Sequence record: MW630116.1
DNA length: 64,000 nucleotides
Source: Escherichia phage vB_EcoM-ZQ3
Strand: one strand, 5' to 3'
The position numbers and the translations under genes are program-made. How positions within the stretch are numbered: position 1 is the first letter of the stretch; every line of letters starts with the position of its first letter. The notes beneath the pieces are model-generated. The model was not told the origin of the DNA. It worked only from the letters and a program-made list of their open reading frames with translations, and ran no database searches. Of the stretch, positions 1 through 13,157 are shown one piece after another.

Positions 1-83
1 GTTCTATCCATTCAAATTAAACATTGGGCCGGAGATAGAGTCTCTGCTAATTATTTTGATATTATTATTTATAATGGTGATTT

Positions 84-1082
84 ATGTTTAAGAAATACAG
101 CAGTCTTGAAAACCACTACAACTCTAAGTTTATTGAAAAACTCTACACTAATGGTTTGACTACTGGTGTTTGGGTAGCACGTGAGAAAATCCATGGGACT
201 AACTTCTCGTTAATAATTGAACGTGACAACGTCACATGCGCCAAGCGCACAGGCCCTATTCTTCCAGCAGAAGATTTTTATGGTTATGAAGTCGTACTCA
301 AGAAGTATGATAAAGCTATTAAAGCCGTTCAGGAATTAATGCACACAGTTCGAGCCGTATCATATCAAGTATTCGGTGAATTCGCTGGCGGTGGAATCCA
401 GAAAGGTGTTGACTACGGTGAAAAAGATTTTTATGTGTTCGATATCCTTATCAATACAGAAAGTGGTGATAATACGTATTTGACCGATTACGAAATGCAA
501 GATTTTTGTAATGAATTCGGTTTTAAAATGGCACCAATGCTTGGTCGTGGAACATTTGATTCTCTTATCATGATTCCAAATGACCTTGATTCCGTCTTAG
601 CCGCTTATAATGCTACTGCGTCAGAAGACCTTGTAGAAGCAAATAATTGTGTATTTGATGCTAATGTTATTGGCGATAATACGGCAGAAGGTTATGTTCT
701 GAAGCCTTGTTTCCCTAAATGGCTGCCAAACGGTACTCGTGTAGCTATTAAGTGCAAGAACTCTAAATTCAGTGAAAAGAAAAAGTCAGATAAGCCTATT
801 AAAACTCAGGTTCCATTATCCGAAATTGACAAAAACTTGCTTGATGTTCTAGCTTGTTATGTTACATTAAATCGTGTTAATAATGTGATTTCTAAGATTG
901 GGACTGTAACGCCAAAAGATTTTGGCAAAGTGATGGGATTGACTGTTCAAGATATTCTGGAAGAAACTTCTCGTGAAGGTATTGTATTAACATCATCTGA
1001 TAATCCGAATCTTGTTAAGAAAGAATTAGTCCGAATGGTGCAAGATGTTCTGCGTCCTGCATGGATTGAATTAGTATCATAA
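84..1082 (+). CDS. rnlB: RNA ligase 2 (Rnl2)
   Basis: 332 aa ORF; nucleotidyltransferase motif I KIHGTN near N-terminus; collinear with T4 Rnl2 as recalled; RBS GGTGA 5 nt upstream. Confidence 0.9.
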   Translation: MFKKYSSLENHYNSKFIEKLYTNGLTTGVWVAREKIHGTNFSLIIERDNVTCAKRTGPILPAEDFYGYEVVLKKYDKAIKAVQELMHTVRAVSYQVFGEFAGGGIQKGVDYGEKDFYVFDILINTESGDNTYLTDYEMQDFCNEFGFKMAPMLGRGTFDSLIMIPNDLDSVLAAYNATASEDLVEANNCVFDANVIGDNTAEGYVLKPCFPKWLPNGTRVAIKCKNSKFSEKKKSDKPIKTQVPLSEIDKNLLDVLACYVTLNRVNNVISKIGTVTPKDFGKVMGLTVQDILEETSREGIVLTSSDNPNLVKKELVRMVQDVLRPAWIELVS

Positions 1083-1088
1083 CGAAAA

Positions 1089-1106
1089 AGGGACCTTACG
1101 GTCCCT
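1089..1106. terminator. bidirectional intrinsic terminator hairpin between convergent rnlB and gene 24
   Basis: AGGGACC-TTAC-GGTCCCT perfect 7-bp stem, A-run upstream and TTGTTTTATT downstream. Confidence 0.5.
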
Positions 1107-1111
1107 TTGTT

Positions 1112-2395
1112 TTATTCATCAATAATAATTTTTGGTAGCTTAACACCTAATAAAACAGACAAATCTGAACGTCCTGCCATTTTATCCATGTCCCCACCAT
1201 CAATTACTCTCGCTTCTTTTTCATCTTTTGCTACTGTGTAAGGATTCGCAGATAAAGCATATCTAACCAATAATCCGATAGATGGTTGCAAGCTTTCTGG
1301 ATCAACTACGACTTTAAATGCACCGACATGTTCCGGGTCATCTAAATCTACTCCTTCAGTGTATGGAGCATAAAAGATGGACCCCACAATTTCTTTTTCG
1401 CCGATATTTTCTACAACACCCACAATAACATAATCTAACGGACTGTTGGTATCGCAGTAAAGAGGTAATCCATTTGCCAAGAATCCATAAGCATTTTGTG
1501 AAAGATACTTGTCATCTTCTGGCTTATGTTTTAACCAACCAGAAGCAGCAAGAATAGCAGCTGCACGAGCTGAGGCTACACAAAACGTTGCAGTATAAGT
1601 TGTCTCTTTTTGAATGTGTGATACCATTTCACACACCATTCGATATAATGAACGACCTGCTTCTGGAGCGGATGCATAGCTCAAGTCAATAAATCCGGTG
1701 TCAGTAATTCCAGTAACTTTATAACGTTTCGATACAGTAATTAAAGACTGAAGAATATCTTTATTAATTTCATCAGCCATTTCAGTAGCAAGCAAATCTT
1801 CTAAGAAGTTAGGGGCATCAAATCCATTCGCTTCCAAATCTTGCGCTAATTCAACCGTGAGGCCAGTTTTAAGTTTACGAGATTTGACTGAAGTTTGCCA
1901 TTTATTAATCTGGAATCTTGCATCAGAAATTTCGCTATCAGAGCTTTCAAATTTGCTTGTTACCGCTGCATCTGAAAATAACCGTACCTTTAAATGAACG
2001 ATTGCAATCTGAAGAGCTAATTCTAGATCACTTTCTTGAATATCTGCAAATGGTGTATCTTCTAACACTTTATAGACGATATTATTATATTTGAAAAAAT
2101 CGCCTTTATTTAGTGTGACTTTTGATTCTTCTGTGAGCTCAGTAATTTTTTCTCGGTCTACATATCCAACTTCGCCCGCATAAGTAGCACCAGTTTTAAA
2201 TGTGAATTCGTTATCTGGGTTAAGATATTTGATACCATAAAAAGCAGCAACAGGTTGATTAGTTCTTTGTGTTGCTACAATGTCAGAATATATTAATTTA
2301 GTCGTAGCGCGAGTCAAAGCAACGAGATTTGGGCGACCAATTGAGTTGCTAATAGACGTTGTAGATTCACGCAATAATTTTTGGATTTTACTCAT
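1112..2395 (-). CDS. 24: head vertex protein gp24
   Basis: 427 aa; gp23-like fold paralog; position next to gene 23; length matches T4 gp24. Confidence 0.92.
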   Translation of the reverse strand: MSKIQKLLRESTTSISNSIGRPNLVALTRATTKLIYSDIVATQRTNQPVAAFYGIKYLNPDNEFTFKTGATYAGEVGYVDREKITELTEESKVTLNKGDFFKYNNIVYKVLEDTPFADIQESDLELALQIAIVHLKVRLFSDAAVTSKFESSDSEISDARFQINKWQTSVKSRKLKTGLTVELAQDLEANGFDAPNFLEDLLATEMADEINKDILQSLITVSKRYKVTGITDTGFIDLSYASAPEAGRSLYRMVCEMVSHIQKETTYTATFCVASARAAAILAASGWLKHKPEDDKYLSQNAYGFLANGLPLYCDTNSPLDYVIVGVVENIGEKEIVGSIFYAPYTEGVDLDDPEHVGAFKVVVDPESLQPSIGLLVRYALSANPYTVAKDEKEARVIDGGDMDKMAGRSDLSVLLGVKLPKIIIDE

Positions 2396-2422
2396 TGCAT
2401 TTTTTCCTTATGTGATATAGAT

Positions 2423-2430
2423 TATTTATA
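2423..2430 (-). promoter_or_regulatory. T4-type late promoter TATAAATA for gene 24
   Basis: exact TATAAATA on minus strand about 28 nt upstream of gene 24 ATG. Confidence 0.5.
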
Positions 2431-2436
2431 AAGATT

Positions 2437-2466
2437 GTTTACAACGTATTTGGTATGTGATACTAT
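2437..2466 (+). promoter_or_regulatory. early promoter cassette (GTTTAC -35, TACTAT -10)
   Basis: GTTTAC-N18-TACTAT followed by conserved leader TAGACTTATCAACTACAGAGGAG and ATG at 2497; same cassette recurs about 20 times downstream. Confidence 0.5.
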
Positions 2467-2496
2467 AGACTTATCAACTACAGAGGAGTAAACAAA

Positions 2497-2766
2497 ATGA
2501 CTAAAGCACGTTTCTTACGAGACACTTTAAAAGTTCTGGAAGCTGAAGCAGTTAAGTTGGTAGAAAAATATGGTGCAAAAGTTAATGGTAATGCCTTCAA
2601 CAAAGTATGGATGAAAGTTGATTCTGAAGCTCGAGCTAAAGGTTATTGGGCCACTGATAAACTTGCATCATTCAAAAACAAAGATGGTTCTCCTGCATAT
2701 GTCCAAGAAGGTATGCCTAATTGGCAAAATATTTTGAAAACTTACATCGAAATTGCGCAGAAATAA
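2497..2766 (+). CDS. hypothetical small protein (89 aa) encoded opposite to the capsid operon
   Basis: ORF with GAGGAG RBS 8 nt upstream; occupies the 23-24 intergenic position where T4 carries segD. Confidence 0.6.
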   Translation: MTKARFLRDTLKVLEAEAVKLVEKYGAKVNGNAFNKVWMKVDSEARAKGYWATDKLASFKNKDGSPAYVQEGMPNWQNILKTYIEIAQK

Positions 2767-2776
2767 AACCAAAAAT

Positions 2777-2794
2777 GGGAGACCGAAGTCTCCC
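2777..2794. terminator. hairpin GGGAGAC-CGAA-GTCTCCC, terminator downstream of gene 23
   Basis: perfect 7-bp GC-rich stem with tetraloop; T-run follows on minus strand. Confidence 0.45.
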
Positions 2795-2818
2795 AAAATA
2801 AGATTTAATCAATTAAGA

Positions 2819-4387
2819 TTAGATGCCTTTTACATATACACGGCGGAAGTAAGCGTTCTTACCAAGACTGTTCAGGATAGACGGCATACCGGACTGGATG
2901 CGAGCACCTGGAGCCTGCAGGGAACTTTCAGCAAACGGGTTAACACCGATACCGTAACGAGTTTTAAAGCCCATTACCGGCTGGAAGTTCTTAGGATCGG
3001 AACCACGCAGTGGGGTAAGTGCAACGTAAGGAGCATAGTAAATACCTGCATCCATTTCGTTAGCGCCTTTGTAACCAACGGTGAAGTAATCCTGTTTAGC
3101 ATACTGGTCGATGTATACGCGGTATTTACCACCAAGTACACCGGCAAATACAGACTTAGTAGTGTCGGTATTAAAACCAGAAGCCAGACCCTGTGCAGCG
3201 TAAGAAATACCAGTATCAACCGAAGCCAGTACGTTAACTACGTTACGGGAAGCGATAATGAAGTTACCTTCACCACGACCGGTTTGACGAGCAATTTCAA
3301 CTGCTTCTTTATCAATCTGGAACAACAGAGCTTTAAAGCTTTCACCGGCCCAACGAGCACCACGGATATCAATCGGGTCCTGGAAGTCAAATACACCAGC
3401 TTTAGAACCAACGATATTAGTCATACCAGATTTACCAACCTGAGCGGAGTAGTTAATCCAGTCAACAACTTCACGGTTGATTTCCAGCATAATTTCAGTA
3501 GCAAGAATACCGCTCAGTTCAGCATCAGCATCCATACCATGTACTGCACGGAGGTCTTGTGCCAATTCGATGGAGTAAGCTGCTTTCAACTGACGAGATT
3601 TAGCTTCAATAACTTGTTTGTCGATACGGAAGCCCATTTCGTTCCACGGGTTGTCGGTAGAACCATTGAAGCCTTCCTGAAGTTCAGCGATAGAAGTAGC
3701 CATACCTTCAGCGATTTCTACCAGTGCACCAGCTTCCATTTGTTTCTTAATTTCAGCATCTAATTTAGTTGCATCGGTAGCGCTAGCATCAATTGTTACT
3801 ACAGCGGAAGCTTGTAGATACACAGTACCGGTGTCCTGGAAGAAGTGAGTATAGATATCACCTACAACGGTTTGTGTGCTAGCAGCCAGAGCTGGGAATT
3901 TCTTAGCAGCACCCTGACCAGAGAACATCGCGTCTGGAGCATACATCGGATGGAAAGCTTCTTTAGCGTCAGCAGCGATAGGGTCTTTACCATATACTGC
4001 ACGGAGAGCAAATACCTGACCGGTAGGGCTGTTCATAGGCTGAACACCACAAATATCAAAAGCGATCAGATTAGGAATAGCACGACGAACCATACCCATA
4101 ACTGCCGGCCCAATTTGGGTTACTGCACCAGAGGTTTGACCTGCTGCGATGTTCTGAGCATTATAACCATGGTCCCCACCAATTTCAGCTTCGGTCAAGA
4201 AAGAACCAAATGCCTGAGCGATTTTCTCGTCTTTATATTCAGGGGATACTTCGAAATCTTTTTCCTGGTTTTCGAAGATTTTAGCGATAATAGCCTGCTT
4301 GCTATTAGCGATTTCCGGCAGGCCTTCACCTTCCAGCAGTTCTTTCCATTTGTCTACGAGCTGAGCTTTAGTTTTGATAGTAGTCAT
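2819..4387 (-). CDS. 23: major capsid protein gp23
   Basis: 522 aa; N-terminal propeptide region followed by HK97-like fold sequence recalled from T4 gp23; synteny 24-23-22. Confidence 0.97.
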   Translation of the reverse strand: MTTIKTKAQLVDKWKELLEGEGLPEIANSKQAIIAKIFENQEKDFEVSPEYKDEKIAQAFGSFLTEAEIGGDHGYNAQNIAAGQTSGAVTQIGPAVMGMVRRAIPNLIAFDICGVQPMNSPTGQVFALRAVYGKDPIAADAKEAFHPMYAPDAMFSGQGAAKKFPALAASTQTVVGDIYTHFFQDTGTVYLQASAVVTIDASATDATKLDAEIKKQMEAGALVEIAEGMATSIAELQEGFNGSTDNPWNEMGFRIDKQVIEAKSRQLKAAYSIELAQDLRAVHGMDADAELSGILATEIMLEINREVVDWINYSAQVGKSGMTNIVGSKAGVFDFQDPIDIRGARWAGESFKALLFQIDKEAVEIARQTGRGEGNFIIASRNVVNVLASVDTGISYAAQGLASGFNTDTTKSVFAGVLGGKYRVYIDQYAKQDYFTVGYKGANEMDAGIYYAPYVALTPLRGSDPKNFQPVMGFKTRYGIGVNPFAESSLQAPGARIQSGMPSILNSLGKNAYFRRVYVKGI

Positions 4388-4404
4388 TTGTGTTAACCTT
4401 TAAA

Positions 4405-5217
4405 TTAGAAACGAGATGCGACTTTCGCATATAAACTTACATTAGAATTCTGTTCTACCTGAGTTGTGGTAGTGTCAACTGCTTCGGCAACAAAATTAAG
4501 ACCGGCAGCGTCATTGTCAACTGTATTTATATTTTCGGTAATAGCGGCTTCTTCTTTAGTAGAACCTTTAACCATTTCTACAATAGCAGTTAACTTAGTA
4601 CCAAATGCGTCAGAATAATCCATACCTTCAACCAGGCCAATAACTTTTTCTTTCTGAGATTCAGTCAGGTCTTTTACGCTTTCATTAATAGCGGTTTCAC
4701 GCTGAACGTAATTGATATATGCATCACGTTTGGTAACTTCTTCGAACAAACGAGCGGTTTCTTCTTTATGTTCGGCCAGCTCTTCTTCCATTTCTGCTAC
4801 AACATCTACAGATTCTTCTGGAACAACAACGTTATGTTCAACAAACAGTTCTTTCAGACCACCAAGCATGGATTCGAACAAATCAGCTTTAATGCCTTTA
4901 TCAACTGCGATTTGGTTTTCTGCGAGCCATTCTTTTGCAAGATGGTCTAGGAATTTAGAAGCTTGTTCAGCCAATTTTTTATCAGCTTTCTCTTCAGCAT
5001 CTTCTTTGGCCTTTTCAACTTCTTCTTCGGCCTTTTCGGCGATGGCTTTGATATGAGATTCAGCCAGTTTGACTGCTTCCTGCTTAACGGTGGCTTCGAA
5101 TACAGTGCTGAAATTAGCTTTAACGTCCGGAGACAGTTCTACTGATTCGAAAACACTATTAAGAGCAACTGAAGTCTCGATGTTTTGAGCTTCTTTCAAA
5201 AGTTGTTCTTTGATCAT
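4405..5217 (-). CDS. 22: prohead core scaffold protein gp22
   Basis: 270 aa, highly acidic/helical, Glu/Lys-rich; position between 21 and 23. Confidence 0.9.
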   Translation of the reverse strand: MIKEQLLKEAQNIETSVALNSVFESVELSPDVKANFSTVFEATVKQEAVKLAESHIKAIAEKAEEEVEKAKEDAEEKADKKLAEQASKFLDHLAKEWLAENQIAVDKGIKADLFESMLGGLKELFVEHNVVVPEESVDVVAEMEEELAEHKEETARLFEEVTKRDAYINYVQRETAINESVKDLTESQKEKVIGLVEGMDYSDAFGTKLTAIVEMVKGSTKEEAAITENINTVDNDAAGLNFVAEAVDTTTTQVEQNSNVSLYAKVASRF

Positions 5218-5250
5218 TTTAGTGTCCTGTGGTTTAGATTACATTATTAT

Positions 5251-5898
5251 TTATAATGCTTTTAAACTCTCTGCGAGAGCTTTAAATGCTTCATCAGCAC
5301 TGTTTTTGGTGGTTTCCACCGAATTTTCTGATTCTGATTCTGATATTTGTTTAGGAGTAACCCAAGCATCTGGAGCAGAAGGTCCCCATACGGCATCTAC
5401 GCCGACGGTTAATTTAAATCCTTCGTTCACGATACGGTACCCTTTATTGGTGTCGGTTAAAGAACCAAGACCACGAGAGGAAACACCTGGAATCCAACCA
5501 GCTCGTATATTAGCAGCTAATTTATCACCGGGACCATGGTCGCCTTCAATAATTCTAGCACGTCCATATACATCGTTTCCTTTCCACCACATATCTTCAA
5601 TAATGATAGCGGCTTGCATGGGGTCAACATTTGCACGAGGTGGATGGTTTAATTCTCCAAGGGCTTGTTTGGTTTCGACTTGTTCTTTAATATAGTCACT
5701 TACTGCTTTTTCCAAAACGCGTTTAGGATATAAACGTTTATTTCGGTTAACAACCTCTGCCTGAAGAAAAATACCTTCTATATAAAGCCCTGGTTTTAAG
5801 CCAGAATCTTTTCCATCATGAGATTCCAACATTGGAACGCCATCAATAATCTCACCGGGTTGACCCCAAGTTTCAATAAGTAACTCGGGTTTATTCAT
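5251..5898 (-). CDS. 21: prohead core protease gp21
   Basis: 215 aa; strong match to recalled T4 gp21 sequence; synteny. Confidence 0.92.
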   Translation of the reverse strand: MNKPELLIETWGQPGEIIDGVPMLESHDGKDSGLKPGLYIEGIFLQAEVVNRNKRLYPKRVLEKAVSDYIKEQVETKQALGELNHPPRANVDPMQAAIIIEDMWWKGNDVYGRARIIEGDHGPGDKLAANIRAGWIPGVSSRGLGSLTDTNKGYRIVNEGFKLTVGVDAVWGPSAPDAWVTPKQISESESENSVETTKNSADEAFKALAESLKAL

Positions 5899-6323
5899 TA
5901 GCTTAATCCTAATGCTTTACGACGTTTAAGAGCTTTTTTACGCTTACGCAAGCCTTTAACTTGGCCTGAAGGGTTAGCTTTTTTAGCTTTAACGACCTTA
6001 CGAGCGATTTGTCTACGTTTTGCTTTAGAAAGACCAGTTGTTTGGAACGCGTTACGTTCACGAGTTTTACGGTCTTTAGTGCGGGTGACTTCACCACGAG
6101 AAGAAACATGTTTAACGATAAACTCATTTAACTGCTCTTCATTAATAATGGAAGCCATTGCAACAGCTAAATCCGTTTCAGTTTCAAGCATGTTCTCGAT
6201 AATAGTATTTATATCGTCAATATCGAGAGCGGAAGACAATGCATCGATTCGGCCCTGTGCTTCAGGAATAAGTGCTTCGACATTTTCGAGTACCAATTCA
6301 TAAGATTCAGGGATAAGATACAT
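5898..6323 (-). CDS. 68: prohead core protein gp68
   Basis: 141 aa, basic C-terminus; position and length as T4 gp68. Confidence 0.8.
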   Translation of the reverse strand: MYLIPESYELVLENVEALIPEAQGRIDALSSALDIDDINTIIENMLETETDLAVAMASIINEEQLNEFIVKHVSSRGEVTRTKDRKTRERNAFQTTGLSKAKRRQIARKVVKAKKANPSGQVKGLRKRKKALKRRKALGLS

Positions 6324-6562
6324 TATTCATCGTCCTCATCATCTTCGTCTTCGTCGTCATCGCCTTCATCAGCATTGTCTTCCGAAGCTTTAGCTTTCTT
6401 TTCTTCTTCTTCAGGTTCTTCGCCTTCAATCAAAAATTGAGAAGCGATTTCTGCTTTGCGTGCTTCAATCAAACGAACCGTTTTTTCTGCCATTGCACTT
6501 TCAAAAAACTTTCGAGTAGCAACGAGGTCGTTTGATTTAATAGCTTGAATTAAATCGTCCAT
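6323..6562 (-). CDS. 67: prohead core protein gp67
   Basis: 79 aa with poly-acidic C-terminus ([15 protein letters not shown]); position and length as T4 gp67. Confidence 0.8.
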   Translation of the reverse strand: MDDLIQAIKSNDLVATRKFFESAMAEKTVRLIEARKAEIASQFLIEGEEPEEEEKKAKASEDNADEGDDDEDEDDEDDE

Positions 6563-8133
6563 TAAAAATCCTCTTGTTCTTGGTCGGGGTCTTGGAAACG
6601 AGCCTCTTTCGACTCTTCTTCAATTTGCTTAGCCTCTTGTTCAATTTCCTCGTCAGACATCTGAAGAATATCTTTCATAGCTGTTCTGTGAGAAATATAT
6701 TTACCAATAAATGGTTCGGCCATCTGAAGCATATTAATGCGACGCTCCAGAATCTCAGCATCCTTTAATTCCGAGAAATAACTATCCCGATGAAATTTTA
6801 TCTTAATATTATTTATTTCATCATTCCACTCATCTTCTGTAATAATTCCTTTAAGAATTAAATTAGTTTTAAGCGGGTCTAGGAATATCTCTTCAAATTT
6901 ATGTTGCAGCTCACGAATAAATTTACCAAATGACAATTCATCTCGTGTAATAGAAGTACCAGCATCAAACTGTATACCACCTTGGTCACTTGGAATACGG
7001 GTAATAGGAATACGTAAAGCCATATAAAGCGCATTACGGAACCAACGTACATCTTCCATATTTCCAGTATTATCTGCACCTGGTAATGTGTCAACTTCTG
7101 TTACTGCTTTACCATCACGTCGTTGTAACCAATAATCTTCGGTCATCGACATAATATGCTGCTGGTTTTTAATCTTGCCTGTAGTAGCATCATATGCAAT
7201 ACGGTTTTTCATCGTATTCATAACATGTTGCATATGTTCTGCTGCTTTTCTTGAAGGCATATTACCTGTATCAACGTACCATACACGACGATCGGGAGCA
7301 CGAGTAATACGATAAATTACGACGGCATCTTCAAGAAGTTTTAATTGGTTCGCTGGCTTAATAGCCCGATGCAAATAACCGATGATATTTTTACCACAGC
7401 AATCAACTAAACCAGAATGGGCATAAACAATCGCGGCTTTAGGGATTTTTATTTTTGTGCCAGCTTCATATATGCGACCATCACAAGCATAAGATTCGTG
7501 TGACGTGTCATAAATGAAATATTCTTTATAACCCTTGACTATTTTAACACCGGCTTCAGTGGTTGTAATAACTTCACGGACATATTGAACTTGACGTGGG
7601 TCTAAACGACGAAGCTCTTTAATACCTTCTTTAGGGCGTTTAGGGTCAATAATTTTATGGAAGAAAATTCGAGAATCCACATACCAACGTCTAAAATGAT
7701 CTGAACCTTTACGTTGGAAAGATAAATGATTTAACACTTCATTAAATTCATCCAACATCATTGATTTGATATTTGGACTAAATTTTGTGTTGTCTAAATT
7801 TATAGAAACGACTTCTGTATCATCTTCATACACGATAGCATCGGAAACTATTTCAGAGACCGCGTTATCCACTTCATAGTTCGTCATCAAATTTCGATAC
7901 GTATCGATTAATTCACGGGTTGATTTGAGCCCTGGTTCTTGACTACCGAACATTCTCTGAAACATAGCATTATATGTTTGCTGTGCTTCATTTTCAGATA
8001 CTTCGTATTCTTTAGCGCCGTCGTCTAATTTTGGTGTGGTGATAGATTCTAAATTTTCTTTTTCTTGGTCTTTGTAATCACGTTCGTCCATTTTTGCCCA
8101 TGGAGCAAACAAACTTAAGATATTAAATTTCAT
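6562..8133 (-). CDS. 20: portal vertex protein gp20
   Basis: 523 aa; length and synteny as T4 gp20. Confidence 0.93.
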   Translation of the reverse strand: MKFNILSLFAPWAKMDERDYKDQEKENLESITTPKLDDGAKEYEVSENEAQQTYNAMFQRMFGSQEPGLKSTRELIDTYRNLMTNYEVDNAVSEIVSDAIVYEDDTEVVSINLDNTKFSPNIKSMMLDEFNEVLNHLSFQRKGSDHFRRWYVDSRIFFHKIIDPKRPKEGIKELRRLDPRQVQYVREVITTTEAGVKIVKGYKEYFIYDTSHESYACDGRIYEAGTKIKIPKAAIVYAHSGLVDCCGKNIIGYLHRAIKPANQLKLLEDAVVIYRITRAPDRRVWYVDTGNMPSRKAAEHMQHVMNTMKNRIAYDATTGKIKNQQHIMSMTEDYWLQRRDGKAVTEVDTLPGADNTGNMEDVRWFRNALYMALRIPITRIPSDQGGIQFDAGTSITRDELSFGKFIRELQHKFEEIFLDPLKTNLILKGIITEDEWNDEINNIKIKFHRDSYFSELKDAEILERRINMLQMAEPFIGKYISHRTAMKDILQMSDEEIEQEAKQIEEESKEARFQDPDQEQEDF

Positions 8134-8161
8134 TGTATTCTCCGAATGGGAATTATAGTTA

Positions 8162-8169
8162 TATTTATA
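8162..8169 (-). promoter_or_regulatory. late promoter TATAAATA for gene 20
   Basis: exact TATAAATA on minus strand about 29 nt upstream of gene 20 ATG. Confidence 0.5.
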
Positions 8170-8217
8170 TGGACTTCTCCGTCATCACGGGAAGCTGGGG
8201 ATTTCTCCCCAACCAGA

Positions 8218-8709
8218 TTATTCCCACCAATCAAGAGCAAGAGTTACTTCGAACGTTTCAATCTCGTTATTGCTGTCCCAGTCAAGAGATACTTCACCAA
8301 CGTTAGTAGGCCACAAGCCAACAATTTCAACTTCTTTAGTGACCGTTTTAGCATCACGAGCAAATTGACGAACGATAGCAGTCTTTTTATATTCAGCAGG
8401 TTTACCACCGGTAATTTCATTACCTTGTCCTGCTGCAATACCTTGCCAATCAACAAATTTCTGACGAATGCTATGAGCATCATCGTTCATTACTGTAATA
8501 GTCCAATCATCGAATGTACGATCACCAGCCACGTTAATTTTACGGTTCATATAAGAAACAGGAACCTTTTCAACGATCGCAGCAGGAAGAGCCGTAGCAC
8601 GACACTGGAAGCTAAAGTTTTGCCCAAGATAAGAGATTTCTACTTCGAACAGGTTAGGGCGAGCGAAATCACCAGATTCGAAGGCACGAGTTACGTCATC
8701 TACAAACAT
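8218..8709 (-). CDS. 19: tail tube protein gp19
   Basis: 163 aa; length and synteny as T4 gp19. Confidence 0.9.
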   Translation of the reverse strand: MFVDDVTRAFESGDFARPNLFEVEISYLGQNFSFQCRATALPAAIVEKVPVSYMNRKINVAGDRTFDDWTITVMNDDAHSIRQKFVDWQGIAAGQGNEITGGKPAEYKKTAIVRQFARDAKTVTKEVEIVGLWPTNVGEVSLDWDSNNEIETFEVTLALDWWE

Positions 8710-8781
8710 ATTAGCCTCTGTAGTAATATGGGCTTAGGATTAACCGGATGCCCATAGAATTAATTTTTAAACGATATAGTA

Positions 8782-8789
8782 TATTTATA
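8782..8789 (-). promoter_or_regulatory. late promoter TATAAATA upstream of gene 19
   Basis: exact TATAAATA on minus strand between gene 18 stop and gene 19 start. Confidence 0.45.
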
Positions 8790-8810
8790 TGGGCTACCGA
8801 AATAGCCCAT
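8789..8810 (-). terminator. stem-loop ATGGGCTA-CCGAAA-TAGCCCAT after gene 18
   Basis: perfect 8-bp inverted repeat immediately downstream of gene 18 stop; no strong U-run, so may be an RNA-stabilising hairpin rather than a terminator. Confidence 0.35.
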
Positions 8811-8821
8811 CAGACGTCTTA

Positions 8822-10804
8822 TTAACCACCTACAGCACCAATCAGTTCGTCGAAATCAGCACCAGTTGCTGTTGCTACAAAGTTCAACGTAATATAATTT
8901 ATCGAGCGGGAAGGTTGTAAGTAGAAAGTAGCTACAAATTCATTACGGTCGATAACTGCTGGGGTGTTATTGGTAGTATCACAAACAACTTTAAAGTTAT
9001 ATACACCACCGAGAGCTTTAATACCCTGTAGATATTGAGAAGTCTCTGTACGGAAAGAAGAACGGGTAAATGCGTTGTTCAATTCAAACAGGCGATATTT
9101 AGATGCTGAACCAATGTTCGTTTTAACCATATTGAACAAACGACGAACGTTAATACGGTCAAATGGTGAAGGAACGGAAGTGGCAGTTTTATCACCATAC
9201 AGAACATATCCATCACCGCCGGTACCAGTAACAGGGTTAATAGCTTCCTGATACAAACGATCACGTTGTGGTTGACGAGTTTCAATTGCAAGCTTAATAA
9301 CGTTAAGAATTTGTCCACGGTTATAACCGGCCGGAGACATCCAAGGCTGAGAAATATTGTCTGTGCGAGCACAAAGACCTGCAATATCAGCAGCTAACGG
9401 AACCCAACGATTCACGTCATTATATTTGTCATATTGATATTTATAGTTACCGTCAATAGCAGCATAAGTAGAACTTACATTAAAGTTATTATCAGTGTAA
9501 GTTCCTGATGCAGTACGCCAATCAACCAGATTATCAACTGCACGATTAACAGGAATACCGACTATAGTTGAACGTGGTGGTGAGCAAAGAACCAAGCAAT
9601 CTTGGCGAGAATCACCAATTGCTACAACATGTTTCTGAACTGTAGAAGCAACTTCTAAAGATTCACCTGCACAAGAACCGGCAATAAACAACTGCGCATT
9701 AACAGATTCGCGGTCAGCAAACAAATCCCAAGCTTCCATTAAATCACCAGCGTCAACCGTTTCATTAGATGATAAGCCACCACCCAGTTTGATTACGCCA
9801 GAGAAACCTTTTGGCCAACCTTGCGCAGTAGCGAAAATATAATTGCTTGCGCCTTTAGCAAAGAAATCATCAATGAAGATATTGCTACCATAAATATCTC
9901 GTTCACCACGTTTAGTAGAAAGAACTACGCTCTGGACTACAGCATCGTTACGACGAACGATAATTGCATATTGGTCATCAGTTTGTGGGCCATATCCAAA
10001 GATTGCTTTAGCAGTAGATGCACGAGTACCGCCATCAGGATAAATTTTTAACTGAGCTGAAGCACCTTTGTCATAGTCTGCTTTAGATACGATTTCAATT
10101 TCGAGCTGGTCGCCAAGTTCACCAGGATAAAGAGCAACTACGCCTGGGACACCATATTTTTTAATAGATTCTTGGAAAGTTAGAGAAGTAATAGCTTCTT
10201 CAGAAGTTTCAACTTCAGTTAACAGAATACCCGAATCGGTTACGATAGAACCAATTGTAATAACACCAGAAAGTCCAGAAGAAGAACTGGCAACTTCGGC
10301 GGTCCAATTAGAACCCAATGCCGGATATTCATTAATTTCTTTTGCACGAGCAATAATTTTACCGGTTGGGATGTAAATGTTAAGAATTTTACCATCGACA
10401 TCAACTGAAGTGACATAACCATCTGCTTCAACAGTTTCGGTCAAATACTTAACGATAATTTTATCACCAACTGCATAGTTACTACCAGTAGCAGAGATTG
10501 TGAATTCAATATTGCCTGCTACAGGAGATGAGTTCTTAGCAGTAGCACGATCAACTGCGCGTACAACACGAAGGTCATTACCATATTGAAGGAAGTTCAT
10601 AGCAGACATGAAATAATCTGCTGTATCCGTATTAGGAGTACCAAACATATCAACTAATGCAACTTCATCAGTGATTTGTTTAATCTGGAATGCCGGTCCC
10701 CATTGGAATTTTCCAGCCAGGGCAGCGGTACCAGTGGAGTTATTAACTACAGTACTCTGTACGGTAGTTTCTTTGAGCTCAACGCCCGGAGAGAGAAGTG
10801 CCAT
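8822..10804 (-). CDS. 18: tail sheath protein gp18
   Basis: 660 aa; length and synteny as T4 gp18. Confidence 0.95.
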   Translation of the reverse strand: MALLSPGVELKETTVQSTVVNNSTGTAALAGKFQWGPAFQIKQITDEVALVDMFGTPNTDTADYFMSAMNFLQYGNDLRVVRAVDRATAKNSSPVAGNIEFTISATGSNYAVGDKIIVKYLTETVEADGYVTSVDVDGKILNIYIPTGKIIARAKEINEYPALGSNWTAEVASSSSGLSGVITIGSIVTDSGILLTEVETSEEAITSLTFQESIKKYGVPGVVALYPGELGDQLEIEIVSKADYDKGASAQLKIYPDGGTRASTAKAIFGYGPQTDDQYAIIVRRNDAVVQSVVLSTKRGERDIYGSNIFIDDFFAKGASNYIFATAQGWPKGFSGVIKLGGGLSSNETVDAGDLMEAWDLFADRESVNAQLFIAGSCAGESLEVASTVQKHVVAIGDSRQDCLVLCSPPRSTIVGIPVNRAVDNLVDWRTASGTYTDNNFNVSSTYAAIDGNYKYQYDKYNDVNRWVPLAADIAGLCARTDNISQPWMSPAGYNRGQILNVIKLAIETRQPQRDRLYQEAINPVTGTGGDGYVLYGDKTATSVPSPFDRINVRRLFNMVKTNIGSASKYRLFELNNAFTRSSFRTETSQYLQGIKALGGVYNFKVVCDTTNNTPAVIDRNEFVATFYLQPSRSINYITLNFVATATGADFDELIGAVGG

Positions 10805-10831
10805 TTTAATTCCTCTTAATTTGCTTTATTT

Positions 10832-13157
<2,326 letters not shown>

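Noticed and set aside
2974-3219. 81-aa minus-strand ORF inside gene 23 in another frame
   Set aside because: Nested alternative-frame ORF inside a highly conserved structural gene; hydrophobic junk composition.
2753-3763. 336-aa plus-strand ORF overlapping gene 23
   Set aside because: Lies antisense within the major capsid gene; low-complexity composition; no RBS; the minus-strand gp23 reading is unambiguous.
4712-5145. Three small plus-strand ORFs (114, 60, 60 aa) inside gene 22
   Set aside because: Antisense to the scaffold gene; Ser/Phe-rich low-complexity translations typical of reverse-strand artefacts.
8146-8757. 203-aa plus-strand ORF overlapping gene 19
   Set aside because: Antisense to the tail tube gene; no RBS; gp19 on the minus strand fits synteny and length.
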